A stretch of DNA of 64,000 nt. It comes from Kudoa neothunni (Eukaryota; Animalia; Cnidaria). The DNA lies in assembly GCA_964304625.1 (NCBI GenBank), contig OZ199839.1, forward strand, positions 2,885,223 through 2,949,222, written 5' to 3'. Under the pieces are notes generated by a model. It had not been told where the DNA came from. It made no database searches and saw nothing but the letters and a program-made list of their open reading frames with translations. A program made the translations under genes and the position numbers. Each line of letters starts with the position of its first letter. The first letter of the stretch is position 1. Positions 48,382 to 63,199 of the stretch are shown here, piece after piece.

Positions 48382-49772
48382 ATATGCAGCCTGGACTTCA
48401 CTAAATTATTATTTTGGAGTTAATACTTTTTTTTGATAAACATAGAAATGAGTATTTTTGCGTTACCACTCTAACTCACTCAGGGAGGTAATAAAGAGGT
48501 CGCGTTTCTCTGCCTCCATTACTCTGAAGCTTTTTTAATCTAATGTGCCTGCTGTAATAAATGATTATGGTTATCTAGAAAACGGAACATTGACGGCAAT
48601 CATGTGTGACATGGATTATTTTATAAGGTTAAAAAATTGTTGTGTGGAGAAAAATAATTTATCAATAAATATGATTAGAAAAATGGTAAATTATTTTTCA
48701 ACCAAATAATCTTAATAATATTTTTTTGTTATTCCATTTAAATAAACAGTGTGATACCCATGCTGAAAAATAAAGAAAACAAAATAAAAATGCCCGCACA
48801 TGCATCTCGATGCGTTTTATCAGTTGCAACGTTTAATATGCAATTTTTTTGATATACCTGAGGGGATTACGTATTATCGGTTGCCTACCGTATTAATTCA
48901 TCGAAAGTTGTTTATAGAAGGTATCTGATAAAAATATCTATTCTATTAGTTGAGAACGATGTTGAACTTAAGCCAATTGATTTACATGATGCGTTGTTAT
49001 TTGTAAAAGAAATCGTGGAAAAATCTAATACATCGAATAATATCAAATAGCTACAAGAAAACTGGATTTAATTTCGATTGTAACAAGGACCTTTAAAAGC
49101 TATGAGTTATGATCTATTATTTTAGAACTATTTTATACAAATTTACCAGTTAGACACAGACGAAACTATAATATCATAAAGTTTTAGATGAAATCGACTA
49201 TCAAAAAATAATAGAGTTTCAAGATGAAGAAGAGCTCGTTCAAGACTGTGAACTTTAGGACAACCATAGAAACAACGGCTTAACTATGGATGTAGATAGA
49301 AAAATTATCTGATTGTGAGACCCGAACGTACGAAGAAGTGTCATATACCACCAAAATTGCGCTTAAGAGCTTACTATATATAAATTCTTCATTTCATTAA
49401 GGGTGGACATATATCTTTGATTGTCCGCAAAAATTCGTGGAGGAAATATTCCTTATTTAAAAAAAAAGGATAATATCACATATCTTATGAAAATGATAAT
49501 AATCTCGTGCACTTACGCTAAATAAAAGTGTGAATTAGCCATAGCCTACTGTAACTAACGGCTAATCTGCTTGGTAACCCAAGTCTAATTAGACTCGGAA
49601 TTTGTATAAAGGCACTTTAACAAAACGAACAAATAAACAGAATAATATATGTCTTAATTAATGAAAAAATAAAGTTTAAAGATTTCTAGCTAGAATAGAA
49701 CCATTATAGAAAAATATAATGACAAGGTAGCGTGACTTTAGGAAAATATATGGCGCTCAATTCCGATTACAG

Positions 49773-52700
49773 CTAAAAGGTAGATTGAGTTGGTGTTGGA
49801 GGTACGTAAGATGGAGTAGCAAAGCAACGAATATGCTCACAATTTGAATAGTATACACTCTACAGGAGAATCAATAAAATGTAACAACACAAGTGATACC
49901 GATCTGAAGTGGTTAAGAACTGAGTCGACAAATTTTCGCAAATGACGGATGCTTTTCATCTTTGGTAGAATTTTGGTTCTAGCACTCTCCGTGGGGTTGT
50001 TGGAACGACCTTTCAATGTTTTGGTGTTATAACCCTAAACAAACAGTAAAACATTTATTTATGCATACAACTGAATAATTTAAACAAAATAAAAGAGAAT
50101 CATATAGAAATTAATATATTTATTGTAGACCAGAGAATAAAAATTAAACACTTACGAAAGCGGCATTAAGATTTGATTCGATATCTTCGTTTTCAGCCAC
50201 CCGCAGAGCATGATTGATAAAGTCCAGCGATTCAGACAAGTCACTTTCGCCCAACAACATCACAATTGTTTGTCCACACCAAATAAGTCCATCTCCAAAA
50301 ATCTGTTCAATTTTACAATCTTTTGGAGGTACGGTGTGAACCATGGCAACGCAGAGAACCCCAAACACTCTGTAGAATTCATTACAGTTGTCCACTGCGA
50401 TAGCACCATTATTGGGAATTTTTCTGTCCCAAGGTTCACCCACAAGAACCGTTTTAATATTGTAGAGAAGAAAATCGAAAAATGATAGACCATAAGTTAG
50501 ATTTTCGACGGTGAGAAGTTGGGCTCTGTAGAAAAGTTCTTTGGTCTAGAAAATGTGTTCAAATAAAAATTTTGTCGATCAGTGCTATTTCTAGACAGAA
50601 ATAATTAATTACATCGGCATCGAATTTTTTCACAAAATTATCCATGTAGGATTGTTGCATTAGAGGATTCAAACCCACACCAAGAACTGTGGTCACTTTA
50701 GGTTTAATACCTTGATAGAAACAAGAGGAAAACTGATCAAGCACTTCAAGCTGTTTCTACATTCAATTATTTATTATCAGTCAGGTGAGAGCATGAATGC
50801 AGAATCTCACTTTAGCAGCTTCCAGTTGGTAAATGAAGATAATACAGTTTCCAATTTCTCTCATACATTGAAATATTCGGGGATATAGATCTTTATATTT
50901 GAAAATGTTTTCAAAATTCACACTGTAAAACTAAAAATAGTTTCTTTAGATTTGCGAAATAATTTTATAGATATATAACAACCTTGACAGTTCCAGAAAA
51001 TCCATATTGGAATCGAGGCAGCGATATTTTCTGGGGTAAACCTTGTCTAAGGACGCTGACGTATTTTGAAAATTTTTCAGTAATCTTAGATTTTAATTTA
51101 GACACATTCTACCGAATATTAATTTTGCTGGCTTACCAACACATTTGCGTATCGTGTGATTTGTTCAATAATTACAGCCAAACCTCCATGGTTCAGATAG
51201 CGCAACAAGAGAGTAAAATGTACCGACCCTACAAATTGTCGATACATTTCCGCGTGAGCAGAGAAGGCTTGTGTCAAGGCCTACATAAGGAAGGAAAATA
51301 AAAATTTATTTGGATAAAAATATTGCAAATAAATATGAGAATATTTGTACGGTAAATATTAATCATGTATTTGAATTAGTTAAGATTTTGATTCGAGTTA
51401 ATAAATGATTGAATTAATTATGGTTTCTTGCATAAAAGTCAATATGAAAGATTTTAAAAAATATCTCTTTTTATCCGTGAATAAAAAAGTAATAAAAAAT
51501 ATATGTGCATATATTTTATATGAATAGGCAAAACCATGCTAGCACTACTTAAATAATAATTGATGGGTTAAATATTACATGGGTTTTCTATCATTAATTT
51601 TATAATTCAAAAAAGTTTGTACAGGAGGTGGCATTACTTACTGCCTATAAAAATCAGTTAAGTCTAGTTTCGACAATATTGAATTATTTCTGGCACATCA
51701 CGCTCTCTTAGGAATGAACAATAATTAATCAAGTATATCATTTATTAATAAGAATTATTATAAGTAAAAATAAATATCATTATAAGACTATGCCAGTGCA
51801 TTATTTAAAAATTAATTTTTCAGTGTTAAAAAATTGGAAACAATTGTTATGGTGAATAATTTAATTATTCTCCGAATAACATTAAAATCTATAGCTTTTG
51901 CATTATATAAATAATTTGCTTTGATAGTTATGTGAAAACGTGCGTGTATGCTGCTGATAATAAATAAACATGCACATGAGTTAATAGATAAAATTACCGT
52001 ATTAATTATTAACGCCGCCATGAAAATTAATAAACCAATAAAAAATACCCTGTAACCGAATAAATGACTGGTTGTGGTAGCTGGCGATTTTTGATGTTTG
52101 ATTTCTTTCACATAACTAATGGATCCTCTAACAAAACGTTGCAGCGATGAACAATAAGCATAGTTGGGAATGAAATCGTTGACAAGATCCCACAATGTGT
52201 GAAGAGTGATACGGGTCATATTTGAACGAACCCCATTATTGGCTTCATCGAACATCAACTCAAATGGAGGAAGGGTAATGTATTCGGAAAACAACTGATG
52301 AGTGATTCTTGAAACCTCGATTAATTGATGGAATTCCATGATATTGTAGATGCCACTATTCTCGTAGATGGAAAGAGCAACGTCGAGAGACTTTCTCATA
52401 GCTAAGATCACTCGTTGAGACAGTAGGAATGAGAGGTTGATTTCACGACCGAGCAACTAAAGCAAGATCATTCGTTAACAGCCATGTGAGGTAAAAAAGT
52501 AAAAAACGCCTGCATTAAAATTACATCGGATGTTTTACGGTGACAAATTAAATTTGTACTTTCAGAATATATATTCACACTTTAACATGAGTATATTACT
52601 CTCGTGGGAATAAACTTAAGAAAAACGAAATCAAATTAAATTTCGCTACATTTTTTAAATGTACCACTTATAATAGGCTATATTTCTTCAATTTAAGTGT

Positions 52701-55700
52701 ACAAAAAAACAATTCAGTAATGACTTTGCCGTGTAAACTATAAACATAAATAACTTGATTATGGATTTGTTTAGAATAAAATTTATCTCCAATATTTCTA
52801 TGTTTAATTGTGAAATATGAACATGTTCTAAAATAAATTTAGCATTAGAACGGAATGCGCATTAAATTTTGAATTAAAAAACACGATATTGTCAAACGAT
52901 TTTTGGAGCATACCTTTGAATATATCAGAAAATAGATTTCATATTATTGAATTATAAAATTAAATAAATGAAGTATCCAAACACTGTAGACTGTTGTCAA
53001 AAGAAATATATACAAAAATTTTGTTGTGTATGTAATTACGCACGCGCCATCGAATTCACTTTAATAGAAACATATTTACGGAAATTTTGAAATTTCGAGA
53101 TATTTAAAAAATCTTTTTATATATTAAATGAACTTCAAAATTTATTGTCATTTAAAAATCACTATTTGATTTATTTTGATTTATTGAGCGGATTAATATT
53201 CATCTATTCCAAAATCATTTCAGTTTAGTTTAACTAAAATAATATTTTAATTAAACTATATAGAGTAATTGCGTATTATTGTTTTTTGGAATTGGCGTAT
53301 TAAATGTTCTTTCAGTTTAGGGAGATTAATCCAAAATCGATGCGCGAACGCCCTAATGTTAAATTATTATGTAAATTTTAAGTTTCACAAGAATGAATGA
53401 AACCTTAAAATTGGTATTAATAAATCATTGAATCGTGATACAATAGATAACCATTTTTACGTTACATTTGAGGGGAAAAAGTGCGTAAAACTAACAAGTC
53501 ACGTGATTATATATGGGCTATTTTCCAAGTTATTTTAGTTCCGATTGACTTAACATTCACATAATAATCTAAAATTAAAATAAAGACTTCCCATTTAATA
53601 TTAATAAAGTACGCGGTATTTTTAGAAAACTACGTAAAATTGGTTACTCATTTAAACTGTTAATCCGCTAGACACTCAATTTTAATCCGCCTGGAGGAAA
53701 ATTCCATATTTAGCTTTACGTGGGTATTCGAATAAAAAGTTATATAATAACAATATAAATTGTAAAAAAAATCTTGGTACATATTCGCGCACCTATCTCA
53801 AACAAAATGTTGATGTGTGGACTTCGAAAAAATCAAGTAACGCCGTTGATCTCACTATATTTTTATAACCGACATAATGTTAAGAAATATTAGAAAAAAG
53901 ATTATGAGAATGAAATCTAAAAATTCTTATCTTGGGGTCGATTAGCTGAAATTTACCCCATACACAAACATTAAAACGTAACCTAAAATAAAAATATTAC
54001 AGAATTTTCTTAATTCAAAAAATAAAGTTCAAAGGCTTTTACCATAATCACGCATGTTAACAATGCGATCAAACGCTCCCAAGTATTGGAGGAGTACAAT
54101 TTAATCAATTCAATAAACACAAATAAGGCGTTTAAACTAATGATTAAATGCAGGCGGAAAATGATGTCAACAATATACTTGAACCGATTTCTGTGTAAGA
54201 ACCGCCTTATAACGATGATCCATGGGGAAACTGATTTGTGTTTCAGCCCACAATTTTTTATCACTGTGTTTGAGGATGGTCCTGTTGATTTCGGCTTTGA
54301 TTGATTTTTTGAGGTACATACCACTGGCAACTGTTCTATAGTAGGAGTAGACTTTTTCGGCCAATTTATACACTAGCTGTTCAAAAATGAGATTGACTTC
54401 GGCTTCGATTTCATCATATAAATATCTCCTTTTCAGTACAGTTAATGCATATTGAGCACTATCATTGTAGAGATCCAACACAAAAAGTAGATTTTCAATG
54501 AGCGAAGGATCCGAAGTGTCTATTATGTGACTGGCAAATATCCAAGGGACAGAAGCTTCGATGGGATATTGAATTTTCGAGCTCGATGCCATTTCCAAAT
54601 AGAATTCACGAAACCAAAACAGCCCCAAATTTCCACAAGACTGCAACGTCTTGCGGTAGTTTAACAACCCAATATATAGCGGAATTTTGGTGATAAATGT
54701 GTTGATCGCTGACAGCATGGAATTGTCCATTTGTTTTCGATAATCAGAATTGTGCAAAATAGAATACAGAGTTGTTGTAACCATGTATATTTGGGTGGTT
54801 AGAGGACCGACACATTTATAATTTAGTGATCCACTGGAACTGGGTTCAACCTTTTTTTTAATAGTAGCTCCCCTTTTCACATCAACTAAACTGTTGCCGC
54901 AAGCCACGTCCAAGCATGAATCTTTGATTCCCGTCAAAGTCCTGCAAACAAGTTAAAATTATAAATCGTCTTGTCATTTGAATTAAAATATTGAGGTTAC
55001 TAACATTTTCAGTATTTCAAGCTTGCTACTTCGTTTCATTTTGCTCAACATTGTGGTGATCTCATTGACAATAAACCCTTGAAATGCCGCATAGATATAG
55101 GAAGCGATAGCGGGAGTGGCCAATGTTTCCATGTCCAACAAAATGTTGTACAAGCTTTTGATAAAGGTGATCGCATGAACCATAGCAACTTTTTCGTCAT
55201 TAGAATAGTTGTATCTGGTGAGCAACTCATAGGCATCAGGAACTTCGCTGTTGTCACCTGTGTTACTAACAGTAGCAGGATTTACCATTTTCCAAGCATA
55301 CTACAACAATGCCAACATCAAAACCTATTCGATTTCTCACACGCACAAAAAACTCACATATGAATGGATGTATTCGGTGAGTTTTGCAAGGTAGGAAAAC
55401 GCTTCTTGCACAGAATTGAAAATTTCAGACGCTTCGTCCACTGTGAATTTATCTTTAGACGAGAATCCTGTCTGTATGAATAGAAAAATAAGATTAGATC
55501 ACATTAGATGTACAATAAGGTTCCGCGACAAGCCTCCTCAAACAAAATTGAAATGTTCAGAGCTCAAAAATTACTTATATTTTATTTCAAAATATTAGCT
55601 TTCTTATTTAAACGTGAAATATAAGGCTATTTTTCTCTTTCTACTGTATAATCGTTCGATTACTAATCAAAAATTTAAATTATACCAAACTTTTACAATA

Positions 55701-58700
55701 ACATTGTGTAGGGTAATTAAAGTAAAGTTGTTCGAGTGAAACAATCTCGTATATAAATATTGTGTTGTTCTAGAAGTTTCAGCAGTGCGTAGAAAAATAA
55801 TAATAATTACCCCCTATTATTTGTTTGATGTTGATAAAGAATTTTAAAAATCTTACAGTAATCAACAAATTTTTTAATGAGTTTCAAATTTTACTCGAAG
55901 CGCAATATGATTTTATGTAAGCATACAAAAATACATCAAAATATTTATAAACTGAAAGATTTTGAATAAAAATTAATTAACAATATTAAACAACTGTACA
56001 GTCAATAAACAAAGCCGTTGTAATTTAGTACATTGATCACCTATTTTTACATTTTTACATTTCTTAATTTAGTTATTTAAGCCGATGAATAATAGTTGGA
56101 TTAGAAAATCTTAAAATTTAACAAAATAAATACAGTAGGTGACCGACAATACGAACTTTCATCAACACGACGTATTCACGGTTTATGTTAGGTGATACGT
56201 TTTGTACTATTTTTATGGTTGTAAGGAGATAAAAATCTTTAAAAATATTTTTTAATTAACCCAGGCAAATTCAAATATGTTATGTCACGTGACTAGCGGA
56301 TAGTAGGCACTTTTTCGGTTAACTACACAGATTTTATTTTTGTTAATTGGGAACGAGGGTATAATTTAATTTTAAACAACTGTTGAATTTTCGTATGAAT
56401 ATTAGAAATAATGGAAAATTACTCCAAAATGCATCTAAAAGCACAATAATAATCGTCATTAGACATTTTGCAATATACGCTGTATCCATATTAAATATTA
56501 AATAGTAAGATAAATTTTTTTAAAATTTTTAGGGTCAAACTATAATAACTTAATTTCAAGTAGCGCCAAAATAAATATGAAGTAGAATAACATTAATAAT
56601 CTCACAGAACTGATTATTTATTAAATTTTATCCCAACGTAAGAGGATATAAATATTTTATCAAAAAATGAGGTTCACACAAGATTTGCCAATCATTTTTC
56701 GACCAAATAACCTTAATAATGAATTTTTAGCTATTCTAATCTAAAAATAAGTTGTATAACTAATTCTGAAAAATAAAGAAAACGCAAATAAAAATAACTG
56801 AGCGCATATTTTAACTGCATACTATCGGTTATTTACTGTACGTAACATTAATTTTTCAAACGAAAAATGAAAGTGGCTATTGACACGGTATATAATAATC
56901 AGGCGATATTAGTTTAGACTATATTTAATTATTCCCGTCCCGGCGCTTCATTCAAAGAGATCAGAAACAATTATAGTAGATTCTAAAAAATCAAATCTGC
57001 ATATAACCGATGAAATTAAACAATTATAATCGCGCACGCATGTATGATAACTTCGGACTAAAATTTCCTGTGCTAATAATCTTTGTCTTGCAAAATATTA
57101 GCTGAACGTTTACCTAATCCACCTCTATTTAATTTTCCATAATATATTTATTTAATTGTTAATTTAACCTTCTAAATAAAATGGGGTAAATTTTTCAGCT
57201 ACATAGAAGGGTAATTTGCACCTAATATCGATTCTACAAAGTATAATTTGATGAAGACAAATCTATGATCATACTTTAATATTAATCAGACATTCGCTAA
57301 TCACAATATGATATTGGAATATTGCATTTAAAATCAAGCATCCATGTCGAAGCACAATGGTCGTAATATCGTAGCGTCGTGTAGTATAACAAAAATTTAA
57401 ACTTCATAAAAACGTTATTTCGGATATATATCAGCAAAATAATTTTGTACGCAAACAGCATAATAAAAGTAAGAAATTTAAAGCGGCACCCTAATCAATA
57501 ATCAGTAACCAGTAACCATGACAATCGAAGATTTAATCATTTATTAAATCTTTGTATTTTTTTCGTAGAACGCGAAACTATGCGCTAAATTCCATAAAGA
57601 ATAACAACAATTTATTATATCACAAAAAATGCAGGAACGTTACCGAATAACAAAAATTTAACCAACTCCCTACCGATATTTTAATTTTAGTTTTTACGAG
57701 CTGATACGAAAGATTATTAAATCTAACTGGATGAAATTTTATAACATCGATTAACGTGATAGTCACCAAGCCAATTGACCAAATACTATTCGTATGAAAT
57801 TAATCGGGATCATTAGCAACCAAAGTTCAATAGAAGATACCCGTTTTAATGATTTTTAATGGTTTGAGGAGTATCACGCGGTCAATCAATCAAAAATACG
57901 TTAATAGGATTGTTGTGACTATTACGAAGAACCTCCGCTTTACATTTGCCTAAATTTGCCAAGATCTTAAACTGAGTAGATTGGATCGAAGCAATATAGG
58001 CTGGCAGATTGTATTTGGGTTCTAACGATTTGATGAATTGGGTGTCATTCAGATTGAACATATCGTTCATATTAGCAGTTTGGATCTTTTTCAACACAGA
58101 CATTGTGTTAATTTGCATATCACCGATCATTGGTACAACAACACTATCCTACAAAACAATCACATAACAACTGTTTAACATCAAAATATTCACTAAGTGA
58201 ATAATTACTTTGATAATTTTCTCAATTCTTGAGCATGGGAATTCTTTTTTCTTTTCACATTTGGATAATGGCATTCCTGGATTATCCAATAAAAATAGAC
58301 ATGATAAAATTCCCTACATTCACAATAACAACAATCATCAATACCGGCAATTGTGATGCAACCAATTAAACTCACTCTTATGTGTTGATATTTTTCGTTG
58401 GGATCGAACCATTGCTCTTTCTCTAAGAGTGTACACGAAGCGGTGATCATTTCGAAAATAAGCGAATGAGAATTGGGACTGACACTTAGCTTGTTTTTTA
58501 TGGCGGCTAAAATCTGTTGATTTTGTGCAAGAAACATCGAAATTTTGTTGGCATTTTCAGCGTCACGAAGAAGAGGACTCAATTTTTTTTTATCAACAAC
58601 CATTTGACCATATCTTAAATATGAGAGTCATTCCAATTGATCAATCCATAAAATACCTTTTGAAAGTGGAAAAATCATTTTTAATAGAAACTTTAGTGTC

Positions 58701-59327
58701 TTTCAAGTTGTCCAACAAAAAAAACATGTCCATCACTTTCATCATAGTATGAAGAATACCACTGGATATCGACTCTTTTCTTTCCATTAAACTTTGAAGT
58801 GAACAAAAACTCATCAACAAATGAAGGAATGGCCTCATCCAACACAAAACGTACAAAATCGAATATGAGTTTTATTTCTGTCTCCAACACATCATGGACA
58901 GTTTGGTAGTACTCCGCTTTGTCCATATCATCTCGCAGTGAGGGAATTGTTTGTGAAATCGATCTCCACGAATACAACATAGACCCGTAGGTTACCACAC
59001 CAGTGTGAATAAAGTTGTTGAAGTTGTTGAGAATTGTGGCCTCTTCAAGAAACCGACTTGCACAATTCACAAACGCATTTCTGTCCTCAAAATTAGAGTC
59101 CAAATCCACCTCGTATGTGAGGTCGAGATTTTTTGTCTGTATAACAATCCTTTCGGTATCCGCCATGGATCCAAGTCTTGTTAATGAATCTTTTATTTGC
59201 TCCATGAGGTTATGATCGTTCCTGTAATAGCAGTTTTCAGCTTAGACGGGCAGTCGAATTATAATATAGATCTAAATAAATCAATAAATTAAAAGAGGCC
59301 ACATCAACATCACATTGTTGCTTACAT
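49773..59327 (-). CDS. CYFIP: Cytoplasmic FMR1-interacting protein (CYFIP/Sra-1, WAVE complex), ~1275 aa, 16 exons, one apparent +1 indel
   Basis: Exons 59327-59326, 59221-58657, 58613-58376, 58313-58209, 58148-57933, 55471-55358, 55300-55005, 54941-54179, 52456-52049, 51280-51137, 51084-50983, 50930-50811, 50756-50613, 50545-50156, 50034-49900 and 49859-49773. Motifs NFEDRNAF, MLYSWRS, VVPMIGDMQI, WFREFYLEM, LDLYNDSAQYAL, LYDEIEAEVNL, LLGREINL, FGDGLIWCG, EHIRCF. Confidence 0.96.
56868..57000. repeat. Single arm of the MITE family at 7262-7775, inside a CYFIP intron
   Basis: aagtggctattgacacgg..tatttaattatt matches the reverse complement of ~7705-7772. Confidence 0.55.
57168..57210. mobile_element. 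43-bp minimal piggyBac-type MITE
   Basis: ttaa-ccttcta...tagaagg-gtaa. The left half matches the left end and the right half matches the right end of 46126-47113. Confidence 0.7.
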
Positions 59328-62300
59328 TCAGAATTATAAAATAACTTTATCAACTGCAACCAGTCAATAATATATCCCTATTAATGGCTTTTATTGCTGC
59401 TTAATATGAATAGGATAAGAGAAGATTTTGCGAGTGATCACGCAAATAAAATAAAATGATTCACTATCCGATGTTAATCTCCTTATCCTTGCGCATGAGC
59501 CTGCTCATGTTAGTTATTGATTGCAATCAACTCTATGCTACATTACATTGGATGAGGTTTTTATTTGAAGGAATACATTATTTTAATTCCAGTTATATTA
59601 AAGTTAACAATGTTGCAGATCGATATAATATGAATCAATTATCTGTGGACTTAATATTGATGCATTAAACAAACATAACGAATTCTATAATCTTTTCGTG
59701 TGTGATAATGTGTTCTTCTACAATTAATTTGAATGAGATTAGGGTCTTATGATTTTAAAGATAAATTTTTTTATGTATTATTTTTATGATACTAATCAAC
59801 TAAAATTATAGTTAATATGAAACATTATTTCAATATAACCACTATGGAGAATAATCGAAACTTCCAAAGGTTTTATCATTGGTGTAATTCATACACCAAT
59901 AAAATATGTTCAAACTCGACAAAGAGCCGAAAAAAAAAACTTCATAATACTAAGTTAGTTCATCAATAACCCACGTCTTTCCATTTAATCTGGTTAAACA
60001 ATATAATGACAAATTTATAAAAAGTTATAAAAAATCTATAGATAGAATAGTGAGACAATTACCAATTATTACACGAATTAATCCTCATTAATCTGTCTCG
60101 ATGTATTACGCCGTAAATCCCGCATGCTGTCGTTAAATTAACAATGTGATGTTCAACTGCCTATCAGGTACGTAACAATTCTACGAAACACCTAAAATAT
60201 GTTATTTTTAATTTTAATAGTTTGTATTAATATAAACTATGAAAATTAATTTCCGAGGCCACTTTTACGTAATAGTAATGGCGCATTTAACGGCTAATAA
60301 AATAACAAAATTTGGTATGATAACGTGATTTTTTTGTATTTATTTTATCGCAATTACTTTTAGTAATATTTTTCAAGTTGAAGCATTCGTAAATTTTTCC
60401 AAATATCTCAAAAATAATGTTTCTCGGATTTTTCGTAATAATCCGGTATTTATTTTGATAAGCCGAATTATAATCTCTTTATTATGATTAAACAACTTCA
60501 AACGGCTGTTACCTTAAAATTTTTAAACTAAGTTACCATAGTACATTTTTTCATATTGAAAAATATTATTTATATGAAAGTTTGATTAATATAAAATATA
60601 TGCTTATATTACACGATATTTTCAAAAATTATCATAAGTTTAAAACGTAAATAATAGCTTTTAAATAAATATTCAAATATATTTAATCATTTGTTAGTTT
60701 ATAATGTTTGTATGAGACAAATAAAGTGTATGACGGGGAATTAATCGAGTTTTTGGTTAAAAATTCACACGTGTTTTTTCTCTTAATCAAATAACACTAA
60801 ATTTTAAATTCAATGATACATTTAAAGTGATAAATAATATATTTTTTTTGAAATATATTGTTAATATTTTGGTGGTTCCATCGTTTTTGGACTTTTTTGG
60901 TGCGATGGTTGGTTAGGAGGATTGCATACAAACCTTATTACTAATGTGCAATCAATAGCGGCATAAGGCACGGTATCGATCCCCTTTAGGCTATGACTCA
61001 ATGGAATAAACCTTGTCCGCGATTATTCATTAATTTAGAATTTTTTATTATTTTGAATTATCCTCTATAATTCTCCAAGAGATAATCATTTTCAATATTT
61101 ATTTAAAGAATTCTGAAGATTAAAAGGATCAAATGAACTATTTGAGATATGCAAAGCAAGAACAACAATCTTTTTGTCATATATAAAATTAAACCATAAA
61201 AAATCAGTTTTGGGCATCATGTATTATTATTTTTTTCACTATCAAGATAAAATTATATAATAGATGCTAAAATACAACGAATTGTGCATTGTCAAGAGTT
61301 AGTTATAAATTTAAATTGAATATAAACGTTAAAGCACCATTATAGGAGATAATTAAATTGTTGGAAACTTCAATTCAATGTAAAAGATAATCTAATCAAA
61401 TATAGAACATTATTAAATTAATGATAACAGTTTTTATGTGAAAAAGCCTATTTAAACTCATATATTAATAATAACTCAACGAAAAATCATTAGAATTCCA
61501 ATCGCATTTGATTAACACGATAAAAATGAACTTCCAATTTCAGACATTTTAAAAAATTATAACTATCGTATAAAAATTTACGAACATTTTAAGTCGTTTA
61601 AGATGTGTATAGCGTTTTTAATCATTTTGTATGGCAATAATTTATAATCTCAAATTATGTGTTTTATTTAAAACTAGGGGGAACTGCCTAGCGTTGTTTG
61701 GGGAAGATTTTTCATACATACGTTTCTTAACAATATTGAAAAAATATATTGAAGTCGTAAATTAACACATAGAAGAAAAATAACTAAAAATTTTTAAGCG
61801 GCATACTTTCAACGATTTGGATTGACGAAATTTAAATTATGATCATTTCTGTGAAGGAACTTATCAATCCTAGCGTTCATTTAAAAATTTAGTGACCCGG
61901 CACCAAAGCTAAATAATTTAAAGTTGGCTTCATTTTTTTCTACGTTCTCGAATTATTTAAATTACCTTAAAGTGTTGTCAAAAATGTTATTTTTTAGCCT
62001 GTGGATGTTTCAATGCCAATTCTGGTCTAACTCAAAAAGTTTTTGCCATGCTTCTCTGCGAAGATAAAAAAAGATATAGAAATAGAAGAAAATTTACGAT
62101 AATTGATTCTTAACGCTCAAATTATTATCCCTTGTCCCGGCATGAACATTAATGCACTATTTCTCACAAACAATTTCGGATCGAGTCAATATCAACATAA
62201 ATAATTCAAATAATTAGATGATGTAAAAGTACAACCACCTGAATTGAATTTAATCACAGAAACTTAAACTTACCGAGTGACCTCCACAAGATCCACAGAC

Positions 62301-63199
62301 CCAGCATTTGCATTATAATGCTTCAGTCTATCCTATTATAGCATGCTCTGCCAATTAGTTATTCATAAAACATATATAGATTTTTTATCACATATCAAAC
62401 CATTAATAGAACTTTAAAATATACTTATCAAGTCATGTACGTTAAAACTCCACAAATAAGCAGTGTATTTGCACAAAACCCCAAATATACACGCTAACAT
62501 TATATAAAAAGTCAGATGATATCGCCTAATTTAAATTTGATATAGTATACAAGGAGGTAAGTTAACTTCAACCTACTATCAGCAGATCATAAGCATGTGT
62601 AAATCAATTGTTGAACCCAAGCAATCCGATCAACAAACTTTTAATCGACAAAATCACAATTTTTTAAACACTTTCGGAACATTTCATAGTGTGAAAATGA
62701 TTGAAAGATTTTTAAAAACATTATGATTTTTAAAAAATTTCATAAATGTCACGCTATAAGGAAAACATGTTTGCGCGCGTGCGTATTTGACGACACACAC
62801 ATGGACACTTAAGCTTTATACGTATAGTAGATAAGCATACTCTTCCGTGTGAAAGATATATTTAGTGTATTAGAAAAATGAACATATATAACAAGAAATT
62901 GCTGTATATGACAAACTTTAGGAGAGATGTAAAATCTTTTGTAAATATGGCGTTATTAGCTTCATATGTCACAAATAAGTCCAATCGGCGTGCTTATCAT
63001 ATATAGAAAACTCTATACTTTCACTAACGGATTCTCATTATACAGTAAGTAACAAACTTTCCTCGCGCGCAAAAATAAAAAAATAAACCTATTTAAAGAA
63101 ATTAATTTCATTTATACAATCATCTACTTTTATCGAAATAATGTGTTATTTGTAATTATATTTTTAAACACTTAAATGAATCTTTCGATGATATAAATT

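Noticed and set aside
48540-49330. Additional pogo-like remnant
   Set aside because: Only faint motif traces; too degraded to delimit.
51812-52048. Hydrophobic TM-like tail on the CYFIP ORF 51812-52456
   Set aside because: It is read-through into an AT-rich intron after the donor at 52048. CYFIP homology resumes at 51280.
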